Below, piece by piece: positions 30,386-40,702 of a stretch of DNA of 64,000 nt; the first letter of the stretch is position 1; each line of letters starts with the position of its first letter. The position numbers were made by a program, and so were the translations under genes. The stretch covers positions 64,695 to 128,694 of the forward strand of contig SXPJ01000103.1 in the NCBI GenBank assembly GCA_005776395.1, in the 5' to 3' direction. The stretch is from Bdellovibrionales bacterium (GTDB lineage: Bacteria > Bdellovibrionota > FAC87 > UBA2466). The notes beneath the pieces were generated by a model. That model had not been told where the DNA came from and did not search any database. It saw only the letters and a list, made by a program, of their open reading frames with translations.

Positions 30386-31867
30386 ATGGAAATTCATCTT
30401 AAGCCTAATTTTATCATTCCTTTTACCGTTTGGGGAACTTACAGCTTTACTATTTTTGCATGTCAATTGTTCCAGGGCACCTTACCAATCTTTGCTTTAT
30501 ATATTTTCTTTTTTCATGTTTGTATGGGAATTACTTTCAATATTTTAGGAGGACTATCCTCGGTTGAAGGTTGGTTAATTACTTTATTTGGTCTTAGGCA
30601 CGTTGTTATTTCTCAGTTTATGAAAGTGTTTTTTGGGCAAGCTGCAGATCAGGGATTAAAGGATCCTGAGACCACTGGCTTAGTTTACAGTATTGGAATG
30701 GCTTTAGTTTTAAGCATTGCTTTTCTGTGTTCGAGATTCAATATTAGATTTAAGAATTTAATTAAACCTCATTCTAATTCAATTTCAAATAAACTGTCAT
30801 GGGCCCTGTATTTTGGGGGCATTTTTTGTCAGACCATGGTTATGTTTCAGTATTATTTTTCAATTTACTTAACGCCTTTTATAAATCTTTTATCCTATCT
30901 ACAACCGCTTACCTTTTTAGGTATAGCCTATGAGCTGAATAAAGTTTTGACTAGGACCGAAGGAAAGAGCTTTCTTAGTTTGGGTTCAGGACTCATGTTG
31001 GGGTGGAGTTTTATTTTCGGGGTTCTTAATGCTTCAAAACTATTAATGTTTGAACCTGTTTTTGTATTACTGGTTACTTTGGTTTTGAATTCTTATCGAG
31101 TAAGCTTAAAAGAGATCTTACTCGGATTTGTCACTCTTCTCTTAATGATATTGGTCCTAACTCCATTGTCAAATGATGGAAGAAGCGTCTACCGTAAAAA
31201 CTCTTGGAAAGATACTATTCCTGCTTTAAAGGAATACCTTGAACAAAACTTTTCATCTATTGAGCGATATCACGAATACAAAATGCATCTAGAGAGCTCC
31301 TCAATGAGTGAATTGGGGTTTGAGAAATATTACTATGAAAAAGCCTTTCCGCTTTTGGATAGATTTTCACTTGTGCACGAGGCTGATGTCCTAATTTCCG
31401 CTTATAATTTTAGAGAGCCCGAAGGATTTAAGTTTTTCTGGGATAGATTTTATATTTTACCAAGGTCTTTGACTGGCAAGTGGTTGAAAGATTCTGAACT
31501 TATGGGAGATGCTTTAGCTAAAATCTCGGGATTAATAAGAGAAGAGAATAATGGTACTGCAATTGCCTTTGGTTTTTTTGCTGAGTCGTATGCTATCGGA
31601 GGATTGTGGGGCGTTATTATCTTTCAGTTAATTGTGTTTACTGGTTACATAATAATTATCAAGAGCCTAGAGCTTCCTTATGGAGATAAAATTTGGTTAG
31701 TGTTTTTAATTGTTTATTTACAAAATGTATTTAGTGAGTCTGGTATAATAGGTTTGAGTTTTGCTATTGTTAGAAAGTTTCCTCTCTTGTTTATATTAAA
31801 AAAGACACTAGAGTTCTTAGAGAATACGGATTTAACCAGAATTTCCAAAATTTATAATTTCAAATAA
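30386..31867 (+). CDS. Polytopic membrane protein, probable Wzy polymerase
   Basis: About 11-12 TM segments with a large periplasmic loop (LLDRF...); located within the polysaccharide cluster. Confidence 0.6.
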   Translation: MEIHLKPNFIIPFTVWGTYSFTIFACQLFQGTLPIFALYIFFFHVCMGITFNILGGLSSVEGWLITLFGLRHVVISQFMKVFFGQAADQGLKDPETTGLVYSIGMALVLSIAFLCSRFNIRFKNLIKPHSNSISNKLSWALYFGGIFCQTMVMFQYYFSIYLTPFINLLSYLQPLTFLGIAYELNKVLTRTEGKSFLSLGSGLMLGWSFIFGVLNASKLLMFEPVFVLLVTLVLNSYRVSLKEILLGFVTLLLMILVLTPLSNDGRSVYRKNSWKDTIPALKEYLEQNFSSIERYHEYKMHLESSSMSELGFEKYYYEKAFPLLDRFSLVHEADVLISAYNFREPEGFKFFWDRFYILPRSLTGKWLKDSELMGDALAKISGLIREENNGTAIAFGFFAESYAIGGLWGVIIFQLIVFTGYIIIIKSLELPYGDKIWLVFLIVYLQNVFSESGIIGLSFAIVRKFPLLFILKKTLEFLENTDLTRISKIYNFK

Positions 31868-31877
31868 GACTAGAAAA

Positions 31878-32720
31878 ATGAAACTAAATCTTACTGCTCT
31901 AATTTTAACTCTTAATGAAGAAATGAACATTCAAGGTTGTATTGAGAGTGTAAAATCTATAGTTCAAGAGATCGTGGTGGTAGACTCTTTAAGTAAAGAC
32001 AGAACGGTAGCAATTGCTCAAAGTCTAGGAGCTAGAGTTATTCAAAATAGATTTATTGGGTTTTCAGAACAAAGAAACTTTGCACTGAAACAAACTGGAA
32101 TCTCCACGGAATGGGTCTTGGTTTTAGATGCCGATGAAAAAATCAGCCCTGAGTTAGCTTTAGAGATTAGATCTGTTTTAAATCACAATCTAAGTAAGAA
32201 TGGCTTTAGAGTTAAACGTAGATTTATATGGAATGGGAAGTGGATTAAGAGAGGGTATTATCCCGTTTGGCTGTTACGATTAGCTCGAGTTAATCATGTT
32301 TATTGCGAGGATCGTAAGCTTAATGAGCATTTATTAGTTGATGAAGAAATAGGAGATTTAAACTGCGATCTCATTCATGAAGATAATAATGGTATTAATC
32401 ATTGGCATATTAAGCATCTCAACTATGCGGAAATAGCAGCCAGAGAATTTTTAAAGAGAAAAGAGAAACTAAGCCTAGTTGATTTTAAGGCTAATAAAAA
32501 GAGATGGTTGAAATACAACCTTTGGGATCGGCTGCCACTTTTTGTGAGACCGTGGCTCTACTTTGTTTTTTGTTATTTTATTCGGGGGGGGTTTTTGGAG
32601 GGCTGGCAGGGGTTAAGCTACCATTTTCTTCACGGGCTATGGTTTCAACTTTTGATTAGCCATAAGATTTATGAATTACAAACTGACTTAAAGACTCAAT
32701 TAAATAGCCACTGCGATTAG
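31878..32720 (+). CDS. Family 2 glycosyltransferase
   Basis: LTLNEE, VVDSLSKD, QRNFAL, LDADE, RGGFLEG. Confidence 0.9.
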   Translation: MKLNLTALILTLNEEMNIQGCIESVKSIVQEIVVVDSLSKDRTVAIAQSLGARVIQNRFIGFSEQRNFALKQTGISTEWVLVLDADEKISPELALEIRSVLNHNLSKNGFRVKRRFIWNGKWIKRGYYPVWLLRLARVNHVYCEDRKLNEHLLVDEEIGDLNCDLIHEDNNGINHWHIKHLNYAEIAAREFLKRKEKLSLVDFKANKKRWLKYNLWDRLPLFVRPWLYFVFCYFIRGGFLEGWQGLSYHFLHGLWFQLLISHKIYELQTDLKTQLNSHCD

Positions 32721-33721
32721 AGCTTTTCTCCTCTAAACCAGTCAACGGGAAAGGTTCTGGAGAAAACAGAGTCTGAATAGGAGATACTTACTACATATCT
32801 GAGCCCATCCCCTTGGGTTTTTAACGTGTCCAAAACTCCTAAAGTTAAAAGCAAAGGAAATCTTCTAAAGGGGGCTATTGAAGCTCCTAAGTGAAGATTG
32901 TGGTTCCAATTGGCGATAAGACTCACAGGTTCAATCACTCGTAAACTGATTGAGCTAAAGAGTCCAACGCCAGGCTCTAAGGATTTAAATTTCTCATCCG
33001 ATTTAAATTGCCCGTCACCGATTCCTATATTAACAACGAGTAAACTAAAGGGTTTTCTAGGATCATATTCCAATTGAAAAGCTCTTGATAGTGCAATGTA
33101 TTCGCTTGACCCTGTGTCAGCAGAGTTTTTAGGCCATTGCAAAAAGTCGATCTTACCGATAGCAATTGAAGTTCCATCTGGAAAAGTGTGACTTACTTTA
33201 GCGCTTAGTCCTTTGCCAGAATTAAAAATTTTTCTTACATTGAGAAATCCTAATATGACTTCAAAACCAAGCCATTTTATAGGATCTCCTAGCCCAAATC
33301 CAATCGCGGCATAGGCATCGGCAATTCTTCCAAATCGAGTTCTGTCATTAACACTAAAACCCCAGAAAACATCCCCCCATTGAGCTGAGTAGCCAGAGGG
33401 AGTCACGAGGGTTATACCAGGGATTACCCAAGGTCTTCGTTCAGTGTCAAAAAGGGCTAATCCTTTAAATCTTCGACTCAATCTTTCATATTCCCCTTTT
33501 GACATAGGAATGAGCCAGTTTTTTTTTAGGGTTTCGCGATATTTTCGGTTTCGTTCAGTATTATCTAGAACCTCTTCAGCGCTTGTTGTTGTAATGGCGG
33601 AATTGTTTTTTTGAGAGATAGGGGCCTTAGGCTGTGAAGTTGTTTTTTCGGCTAGAGCCAGATTCAAGTGAAAAATACTTGATATCCAAAATGATATAAG
33701 AATTGGAATCTGAATCATCAA
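32717..33721 (-). CDS. Exported protein, probable outer-membrane beta-barrel
   Basis: Signal peptide ending ALA; alternating hydrophobic strands; TPSGY...GFGLGDP and GIGDGQF motifs. Confidence 0.6.
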   Translation of the reverse strand: MMIQIPILISFWISSIFHLNLALAEKTTSQPKAPISQKNNSAITTTSAEEVLDNTERNRKYRETLKKNWLIPMSKGEYERLSRRFKGLALFDTERRPWVIPGITLVTPSGYSAQWGDVFWGFSVNDRTRFGRIADAYAAIGFGLGDPIKWLGFEVILGFLNVRKIFNSGKGLSAKVSHTFPDGTSIAIGKIDFLQWPKNSADTGSSEYIALSRAFQLEYDPRKPFSLLVVNIGIGDGQFKSDEKFKSLEPGVGLFSSISLRVIEPVSLIANWNHNLHLGASIAPFRRFPLLLTLGVLDTLKTQGDGLRYVVSISYSDSVFSRTFPVDWFRGEKL

Positions 33722-33736
33722 TTTAGTTTATCAGGT

Positions 33737-34384
33737 TTATTGTGAAATGGATGGCTGAAACTTCCTTTCTACGCTTTTTAAGTAGCTTAGTTCGTTACGA
33801 ACGAATGAAATAAAAGGGGTGGGGTTGAGTAGAAGCTTAGGATCTTCTAAATAGATCTCCTTTGAGAGAGTGTTAAAATCGGCGATTGCAGTTGCTAGAG
33901 CCATACTTAAAGTCAAGTTTTTATCGGGTGTTAAGAGATTAGAACTCTCTTCTTTAGCAATCCCCAGAGCCGCATGTTCCGTAATGGGCCCTTTTTCCAA
34001 AACTTGGCAAAGTACACAGAGGCTAAGGAGCAGTTTTCCAGAGGTCGATTCTTCTTTGTAAGATTTTCCTTTCGAACAATAGGGTTTAACTCCAGCTACA
34101 AACCGAGAGATTCTTTGAAATTCCTTATCAGGATCTTTTAAAAAATAGACTGCTTTGATTACTTCTATGTTTAAGGGAACAGGTGAGGTGAAAGTTTTCT
34201 GTTCCGCAGGTACTGGAGGGAGAGCAATGATTCCCATTGGAATTACATTACAGCCATTACAACTTGGTGGAAGTGGAGGAGAGGGTTGTACGTTAGGGGT
34301 GACCGCTTCGCCAAAACATAAAAAATGACAGAACAGAAGTAATGCACCTGTGTGAAGAAAGCATTTTCTTAGTATAGAGGTCAT
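33737..34384 (-). CDS. Exported hypothetical protein
   Basis: Signal peptide, Pro-rich linker, CxxC pairs, helical C-terminus; 15 nt upstream of the barrel gene on the same strand. Confidence 0.6.
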   Translation of the reverse strand: MTSILRKCFLHTGALLLFCHFLCFGEAVTPNVQPSPPLPPSCNGCNVIPMGIIALPPVPAEQKTFTSPVPLNIEVIKAVYFLKDPDKEFQRISRFVAGVKPYCSKGKSYKEESTSGKLLLSLCVLCQVLEKGPITEHAALGIAKEESSNLLTPDKNLTLSMALATAIADFNTLSKEIYLEDPKLLLNPTPFISFVRNELSYLKSVERKFQPSISQ

Positions 34385-34494
34385 ATATTCTATTTTACTT
34401 CTTTTAACTTGCTCAAGAAAGGAAAGAAGATAGACTTAATTCTTTTAAGGTTACGAGAATTTACCACTTGATTTTAAAAGGGATAAAAAAGTGG

Positions 34495-35046
34495 CTACAT
34501 TTTAGGCAGTTTTAATTGGTCAATTTCGGAAATAGATATTCCTCTTAGATCCTTCTCAGAGAGTTCGGGATTATGGGCTGGCCATTCAATATTGAGTTCA
34601 GGATCATTCCAGAGCAGAGTTAATTCGTTTTGTGGGTTATAAAAATCAGTCGACTTATAAGAGACCAGAGCTGATGAACTCATTACAAGAAAACCATGGG
34701 CAAATCCTTTGGGAATCCAAAGTTGGTGGTGATTCTCAGATGATAAACTAAATCCAACCCACTGTTTAAAATTAGGAGAGTTGGGGCGAATATCTACCGC
34801 AACATCAAAAATCTCGCCCGCTAAGACCGAAATTAACTTTCCCTGATCATTGGGATGTTGGAAATGGAGCCCTCTTAGAACTTTTTCTTTCGAAAATGAG
34901 ATGTTGTCTTGAGCGAATTCCTTAGGAAGCCCTACTTCCTGATACCGGTTTCTGTGCCAGTGTTCAAAAAAGAATCCTCGAGAGTCGGTGAGAACTTTGG
35001 GCTTAATTAAGAGGACTTCTGGAATCGCTGTGTTAAAGATCTTCAT
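34495..35046 (-). CDS. rfbC: dTDP-4-dehydrorhamnose 3,5-epimerase
   Basis: DSRGFFFE, QDNIS, LRGLHFQ, DVAVDIR, IPKGFAHGF, WNDPELNIEWP. Confidence 0.96.
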   Translation of the reverse strand: MKIFNTAIPEVLLIKPKVLTDSRGFFFEHWHRNRYQEVGLPKEFAQDNISFSKEKVLRGLHFQHPNDQGKLISVLAGEIFDVAVDIRPNSPNFKQWVGFSLSSENHHQLWIPKGFAHGFLVMSSSALVSYKSTDFYNPQNELTLLWNDPELNIEWPAHNPELSEKDLRGISISEIDQLKLPKM

Positions 35047-35103
35047 GATATAATAATAAAATTAGACTTTCGATTTGGCCACTCTTTTGAAAAGGATTTT
35101 ACC

Positions 35104-37131
35104 ATGTGCGGAATTTCAGGGTTTTTTGGAAGCTTTGATTCTGAGTTACTGATACGCATGGGGGAGAGTCTTAGCCACCGTGGTCCAGATGGTCAAGGAG
35201 AGATAAGACTTTCATTTAAAGACCAATGGGTAGGACTCTCTCATCGAAGACTCTCTATTTTGGATTTAAGTGCGGCGGGTACACAACCCATGAGTTTTTC
35301 CCCTTCGGGGACGGCTATCGGTTCTCCAGATTCTGCGCTTTGGTTAACCTACAATGGAGAGATCTATAACTTTTTGGAACTTAAGAAAGAGCTAGAGAAC
35401 AAAGGCCATGTTTTTAAGTCTCAAACAGATACTGAAGTTATTCTGCATTTATATGCAGAATATGGGATCGAAGCCTTTTCAAAGTTGAATGGAATCTTTG
35501 CACTGGCTCTCTACGATGGGAGAGAGACGGGACAGCGAGAAGGAATTAAAAAAGGGGATCTCCTTCTTTTTCGAGATGGAGTTGGGGTTAAACCACTCTA
35601 CTATTGTCAGTCCTCCAAAGGATTTCTTTTTGCCTCTGAAATTAAGGCTTTACTCTGTTCCGATCAGGTTTCAAAAGAGCTTGATCTTCATTCTTTGAAG
35701 CAGTCTCTCTCCTATTTATACTCTCCAGCACCTAGAACCCCTTTTCAGGCAATTAAGAAGTTGGAGCCAGGAGAATGGTTACTTGTTAGAAACGGCATAA
35801 TTCATTCGAAAAAGTATTTTTACGATATTCCTTATGGCGAAACTTTGGGAGAGACTTCCGAAGAAGAGATTACATTGGAATTAAGAGATCAGTTGAAAGA
35901 AGCTATAAAGAGGCAGCTTATTTCTGATGTGCCGGTGGGGGCCTTCCTTTCGGGGGGGCTTGATTCAACGAGTGTGGTCGCTCTAATGAAAGAGGCAGCC
36001 CCTTTAAAACCTTTCCATTGCTTTACTATCGGCCATGAGAATAAAGAAGGGGCTCAAAAAAATGATCTCTACTATGCCAAAGAGGTTGCTAAACAACTTA
36101 ATTTTCCGTTATCGATTGTAGAAGTGACTCCATCCGATTTTAAATCGTTAGAGAAGGTCATTTTTCATCTAGATGAACCCCAAGCCGATCCCTCTGCAAT
36201 AAATGCCATGTTAATTTCAAAAAAAGCTCGGGAACTAGGTATTAAAGTTCTTCTTTCAGGCTCCGGAGGAGACGATATCTTTTCAGGCTACTTCAGGCAT
36301 AATGTGGTCGAGTTAGAAAAAATATGGAAGTGGGTTCCATTGCCTTTCAGAAAAGCATTAGCCTTTTCATCTCATCACTTGGCTAAATCCTCAGGAGGGG
36401 TGACGCTTCTTAGAAATGGCCGGTTAAGAAAAGTTGCGAAAGTCATGGAAAGCCTTCAATGGGATCTAGAACATCGTATTTCCAGTTGTTTTATGGCTAC
36501 CTTTTCAGATTCTGTTGCGCCTATTCTCGGAGAAAGGTTTCAATCACAGGATTTGCAAAGAACTAATGAACTGGAACCCTTTATCCGTTCTTTAGGACGA
36601 ATCAAGGGGGAGAAAAATCTTTTAAATCGAATTCTCTACTTAGAGACCAAACATTTTCTAGCCGATCACAATTTAAATTATGTAGATAAAATGAGTATGT
36701 CTCAAGGGGTTGAGGTGAGAGTTCCTTTAGTTGATAAACAACTAGTTAACTTTGTGGCTAAGATCCCACCCAAACTTAAGCGTAAAAACTTTGAAAATAA
36801 GTATATTTTCAAACAGGCTGTTAAACCCTATGTTCCTGAGTCTATTCTGAACCGTTCAAAACAGGGCTTTGGTTTGCCTATTCGTTATTGGTTAAATACA
36901 GAATTGGCCGAAACGGTTCGAGAAGCTCTCTCTGAATCAGTTTTAAAAAGAAGAGGGCTCTTTAACCCTAAAGAGGTTTTGCGTCTTATTGAGATGGATA
37001 GAACAAGACAGATCGATGCAACATTTCTAATCTTTTCTATCTTGAGTATTGAAATGTGGTGCCGTGAGTTTCTAGATAAAAGTTATTCAACTATCCAATC
37101 AAAAGAGCTTTGTGCTTCATTCCCATTGTAG
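35104..37131 (+). CDS. asnB: Asparagine synthase-like glutamine amidotransferase (probably polysaccharide amidation)
   Basis: MCGI, HRGPDG, HRRLSILD, YNGEIYN, LSGGLDS, SGSGGDD, EVRVP, KQGFGLP. Confidence 0.9.
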   Translation: MCGISGFFGSFDSELLIRMGESLSHRGPDGQGEIRLSFKDQWVGLSHRRLSILDLSAAGTQPMSFSPSGTAIGSPDSALWLTYNGEIYNFLELKKELENKGHVFKSQTDTEVILHLYAEYGIEAFSKLNGIFALALYDGRETGQREGIKKGDLLLFRDGVGVKPLYYCQSSKGFLFASEIKALLCSDQVSKELDLHSLKQSLSYLYSPAPRTPFQAIKKLEPGEWLLVRNGIIHSKKYFYDIPYGETLGETSEEEITLELRDQLKEAIKRQLISDVPVGAFLSGGLDSTSVVALMKEAAPLKPFHCFTIGHENKEGAQKNDLYYAKEVAKQLNFPLSIVEVTPSDFKSLEKVIFHLDEPQADPSAINAMLISKKARELGIKVLLSGSGGDDIFSGYFRHNVVELEKIWKWVPLPFRKALAFSSHHLAKSSGGVTLLRNGRLRKVAKVMESLQWDLEHRISSCFMATFSDSVAPILGERFQSQDLQRTNELEPFIRSLGRIKGEKNLLNRILYLETKHFLADHNLNYVDKMSMSQGVEVRVPLVDKQLVNFVAKIPPKLKRKNFENKYIFKQAVKPYVPESILNRSKQGFGLPIRYWLNTELAETVREALSESVLKRRGLFNPKEVLRLIEMDRTRQIDATFLIFSILSIEMWCREFLDKSYSTIQSKELCASFPL

Positions 37132-38117
37132 TCTGCAACCCAGAGCTCTAAGTTGTGTTTCCCCGAGGTGAGGGGAAATACCTGACCTGGAATCTTTTTG
37201 AAGCCTAAGTCAATAATAGGTTTTCGACAATTGTAGTCTCCACAAGCAATTTTAGGAATGTAGAACTGGTTTACAAATTTTTCGTTATCAGACTCTCCAG
37301 GTAAAGTTTCAAATTTCCAGACGGTTATAGGGCTTTGGCCATCGATAGATATTTTAATTTCATTGGCGGGTACTATGAAAACACTGCTAAGAATGAGATC
37401 TTTGATTTCAGCTCCAATCGTATAGTTGTTCGCTGAAACAGAATTACCAGAAACAGCGCTCCCATTTTTAATCAAATAAAATCGAGATATTTCTGGCGCA
37501 GAGTTATCCGATAAGAGCTCTAAAAACTCAAAAGGATTTAAATAGGCCCTGTCTTTGCCCAAAATATTAAGATGGAGGTGGTGATATCTCTCTCCAAAAG
37601 TCACAATCGACCAATAATAAACTTCACCTAGTTTAGTTCCTACACTAATAGGGGTTTTGTTTTTATAGGCATCAAAAATAGATTGGGGAATCGATTCTCT
37701 TTCAATGTGATGGTATTGCCAGATGAAACCTTGCTCATCAAGAATTGCAACCTCCCAGTAGGCATCGCTTCCTGGCATATAGTTTTCGATATTGATCACT
37801 TGTCCACCTGCGGAAGAAATAACATCACTCCCCGCGTCGGCTCGAATGTCTAAGCCATGATGAAAATAGGCTTCACTTAGCCCCCCATAGCGTTGATAGC
37901 TAGCCATTGTGTGACCAATTGATTTAATATTTACAGGCCAAGGATCACGAGTTCTGCCTCTTGATTGTTTAAGTTTATTTAAGTCGCCCGAGGCTAAATT
38001 GAGATAGTAAGGGTGATAGTCTCTTTCAATCTCCTCGTGAATTGTGTGCAATGAATTAGCTAGAGCCAGAACTGGTAGAGAGAGTGAAAGAATAGTGAGT
38101 TTAATTAAGAGAGTCAT
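37083..38117 (-). CDS. M23 family metallopeptidase, exported
   Basis: Signal peptide; HHGLD (HxxxD) and HLH (HxH) zinc ligands; Ig-like C-terminus; 49-bp convergent overlap with asnB. Confidence 0.75.
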   Translation of the reverse strand: MTLLIKLTILSLSLPVLALANSLHTIHEEIERDYHPYYLNLASGDLNKLKQSRGRTRDPWPVNIKSIGHTMASYQRYGGLSEAYFHHGLDIRADAGSDVISSAGGQVINIENYMPGSDAYWEVAILDEQGFIWQYHHIERESIPQSIFDAYKNKTPISVGTKLGEVYYWSIVTFGERYHHLHLNILGKDRAYLNPFEFLELLSDNSAPEISRFYLIKNGSAVSGNSVSANNYTIGAEIKDLILSSVFIVPANEIKISIDGQSPITVWKFETLPGESDNEKFVNQFYIPKIACGDYNCRKPIIDLGFKKIPGQVFPLTSGKHNLELWVADYNGNEAQSSFDWIVE

Positions 38118-38160
38118 AAGGCTCCTTTATAAAGGTTTTATATGGGGTAACTGGTTAATG

Positions 38161-39150
38161 CTATATAGCTTCTGGATAAGGCAAATCTCCTGCTTGGAGT
38201 AATGATTCCTGATAATCTAAAAGTTGTTTTAACCCCTCAATAAGAGGCTTACAGGTATAAGAGTCTAATAAAACCTGTGATTTAAAGAAGAGTTCTTTAG
38301 GTTGTTGAACAGTGAGAGAATGATTGGGTTGAGTTATTATTGGATCTCGATGGGTGAGTCTTCGAAGTTGATGTAAAAGAGTTGAGATTGAAACGGGATC
38401 TTCAGAGGCAAAAATCTTTAGTATTAAATTCTTATCTGGTAAAGCGAGTGGAATATTTTTTAGAGCTCGAAGTATAAGTTCAGCACAGTCCTCAGCGAAA
38501 ATATAGTCTCTGACCGTATCCAGAGGAACGAAAATATTCAGCGGAGATCTAAGAAGGACACTTCGGCATAGTTGTGACAAAAGCCCTTGAGGTTTTGAAA
38601 GTTTTTGACCAGGGCCATATAGATTTGAAATGCGTCCAATTAAGACTTGAAATTGAGGATAGGCGAGGGCTAGTTTTATTAATGTCTCTTCTTGTTTTAA
38701 TTTCTGTTTTCCATATTCTGAAATCGGACAGGTTGGAGTTTCCTCTGTAATCGGAAAGGTCTGGGCTCCGCCCCACACCCCCCCAGCTGAACTCGCAAGA
38801 AAAAAACGCCCTCTATTTAGCTTTTCAGAAAAGGATTTTTGAAGTTCGTTAATAAAGAATCTAAAATATTGGGTTTCCATTTCTAAGGCAGAATCTGAAG
38901 AGCCAATGACTCCGGCCCCAGCAGCCCAAATGATGACCCAACTTTCAAAATTTAAAGCTTTTATTTGAAAAAACTGAATCTGTTCGCGAATCTGTTTTTT
39001 TAAAATATCTGGCTCGTTCCAAGTAAATGGACGGCAAAGGCTCCATAGATTAAATTCGGATTGATGAAAATTAAGGCGACTTAGTAAAGATGAACCTAGG
39101 AGTCCTCCTTTACCTATAACCCAGAGTAAATTGCGACAGTCTTTTCTCAT
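38161..39150 (-). CDS. NAD-dependent epimerase/dehydratase (start uncertain: 39150, 39177 or 39183)
   Basis: GKGGLLG Rossmann motif, SSAGGV, YGKQK, ISNLYGPGQ, RDYIF. Confidence 0.85.
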   Translation of the reverse strand: MRKDCRNLLWVIGKGGLLGSSLLSRLNFHQSEFNLWSLCRPFTWNEPDILKKQIREQIQFFQIKALNFESWVIIWAAGAGVIGSSDSALEMETQYFRFFINELQKSFSEKLNRGRFFLASSAGGVWGGAQTFPITEETPTCPISEYGKQKLKQEETLIKLALAYPQFQVLIGRISNLYGPGQKLSKPQGLLSQLCRSVLLRSPLNIFVPLDTVRDYIFAEDCAELILRALKNIPLALPDKNLILKIFASEDPVSISTLLHQLRRLTHRDPIITQPNHSLTVQQPKELFFKSQVLLDSYTCKPLIEGLKQLLDYQESLLQAGDLPYPEAI

Positions 39151-39175
39151 TGGAATTTGGTAGAATGATTTTACC

Positions 39176-39976
39176 ATGGACACCTCTATTAATGAAAATG
39201 AAGTTGTAAAAGCTCAAGGCATTACCTTTCGATATGGTGACGCACCACAGCCGGTGATTGATCTGTTGGATCTTTCTTTGAAACGTTCCGAGGTTTTGTT
39301 TCTGATAGGCCTTAGTGGAATGGGGAAAACGACACTTCTTAAAATTTTAGCTGGGCTTTATTCTCCTCAGACAGGGGATGTTTTTATTCAAGGAGCTCCG
39401 CTTGCAATGTTAAACTCAAAAGATCGACGCATGATCTTGAGACGAGTTTCAATGACATTTCAACGAAGCGGACTTTTTGATTCCCTTACTGTTTTGGAAA
39501 ATCTTTTATTTCCTTTAAAGGAGTTAACTTTGTTTTCTCCTGAGCAGTCTCTAAAGGTAGCTCAGAAAATACTAAGCCAAGTAGAATTAAGAGGGAGTGA
39601 ATCTAAATTTCCATTTGAAATGAGTGGTGGAATGCAGAAACGGCTTGGAATTGCTAGAGCTTTGGTACTAGAACCTGAGGTGGTTTTTTATGATGATCCT
39701 ACAGCAGGTTTAGATCCGATCACCTCAAAGCATATTGTGGAACTCATTTTAAAAGTTCATAAGGAAAAAGAGACAGCTACACTTATAGCGACAAGTGAAC
39801 TCGATTTAGCACTTGGTGTTTCCAGGAAGAATTTAGCAAGAATAGCATTTTTACATGAGGGTAGAATACTTCAGATAGGAACAGCTGAAGAAATTTTAGA
39901 TTCAAATAATCCTGTTGTTTTTCAATTTGTTCGTGGGCTTCTTAAGGGGCCTCTTACCCGCTTGGAGTCAGAATGA
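39176..39976 (+). CDS. mlaF: MlaF/Mkl-type ABC ATPase, catalytically degenerate copy
   Basis: GLSGMGKT, FQRSGLFDSL, MSGGMQKR; Walker B YDDPT (E to D); H-switch ATSE (H to S). Confidence 0.85.
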   Translation: MDTSINENEVVKAQGITFRYGDAPQPVIDLLDLSLKRSEVLFLIGLSGMGKTTLLKILAGLYSPQTGDVFIQGAPLAMLNSKDRRMILRRVSMTFQRSGLFDSLTVLENLLFPLKELTLFSPEQSLKVAQKILSQVELRGSESKFPFEMSGGMQKRLGIARALVLEPEVVFYDDPTAGLDPITSKHIVELILKVHKEKETATLIATSELDLALGVSRKNLARIAFLHEGRILQIGTAEEILDSNNPVVFQFVRGLLKGPLTRLESE

Positions 39977-40701
39977 TAGTGATTGAAAAACTTTCCAAAT
40001 CTTTCACGAATCTAAAGGTTTTAAATGAGATTTCATTCTCGGTTCCGTCTGGGGAGTGTTTGTTTGTTTTGGGAAAATCCGGAGTGGGAAAATCGGTGCT
40101 ATTGAAGCATATAGTGGGGCTAGAGACGCCAGATTCCGGAAGTGTGATTGTGGGGAATAAAAAAGTTGATGTTTCAGATATAGTCATTCTGTCTCAAATT
40201 CGAAAACAGTGTGGTCTTGTTTTTCAGTTCCCAGCACTTCTAGATTCTGTAACTGTATTTGAAAATATTTCCTTTGGATTAAGGGCTAGGGGACTTTTGA
40301 AAAACTCCAAAGAGATTGAAATTCGAGTTAAAGAGAAATTATCTTTAGTAGGATTAGATGAATCTATAGTTGAAAAATATCCTAGTCAGTTAAGTTACGG
40401 GACTCAAAAGAGGGTTAGCATCGCCAGAACCCTTGCTGTAGAACCTGAATATCTTCTATTCGATGAACCCACAACAGGAATGGATCCCATAGCTACCACA
40501 GGACTTAATCAACTTATTAAAAAACTCACAGCTCAACTAAAGATCACAACAGTTGTAGTGTCGCATGATATTAAGAGTGCTCTAGCTGTTGCGGATAGAA
40601 TTATTTTGCTTGAAAATGGAAAAATTGTTTTTGATGGCACACCTGAGAAATTTAAAAGTACAACAGTTAAATTGGCTCAGGAATTTCAGATGGGATTTTA
40701 A
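39973..40701 (+). CDS. mlaF: MlaF/Mkl-type ABC ATPase, second copy
   Basis: GKSGVGKS, FQFPALLDS, signature LSYGTQKR, FDEPT, VSHD. Confidence 0.85.
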   Translation: MIVIEKLSKSFTNLKVLNEISFSVPSGECLFVLGKSGVGKSVLLKHIVGLETPDSGSVIVGNKKVDVSDIVILSQIRKQCGLVFQFPALLDSVTVFENISFGLRARGLLKNSKEIEIRVKEKLSLVGLDESIVEKYPSQLSYGTQKRVSIARTLAVEPEYLLFDEPTTGMDPIATTGLNQLIKKLTAQLKITTVVVSHDIKSALAVADRIILLENGKIVFDGTPEKFKSTTVKLAQEFQMGF

Positions 40702-40702
40702 T

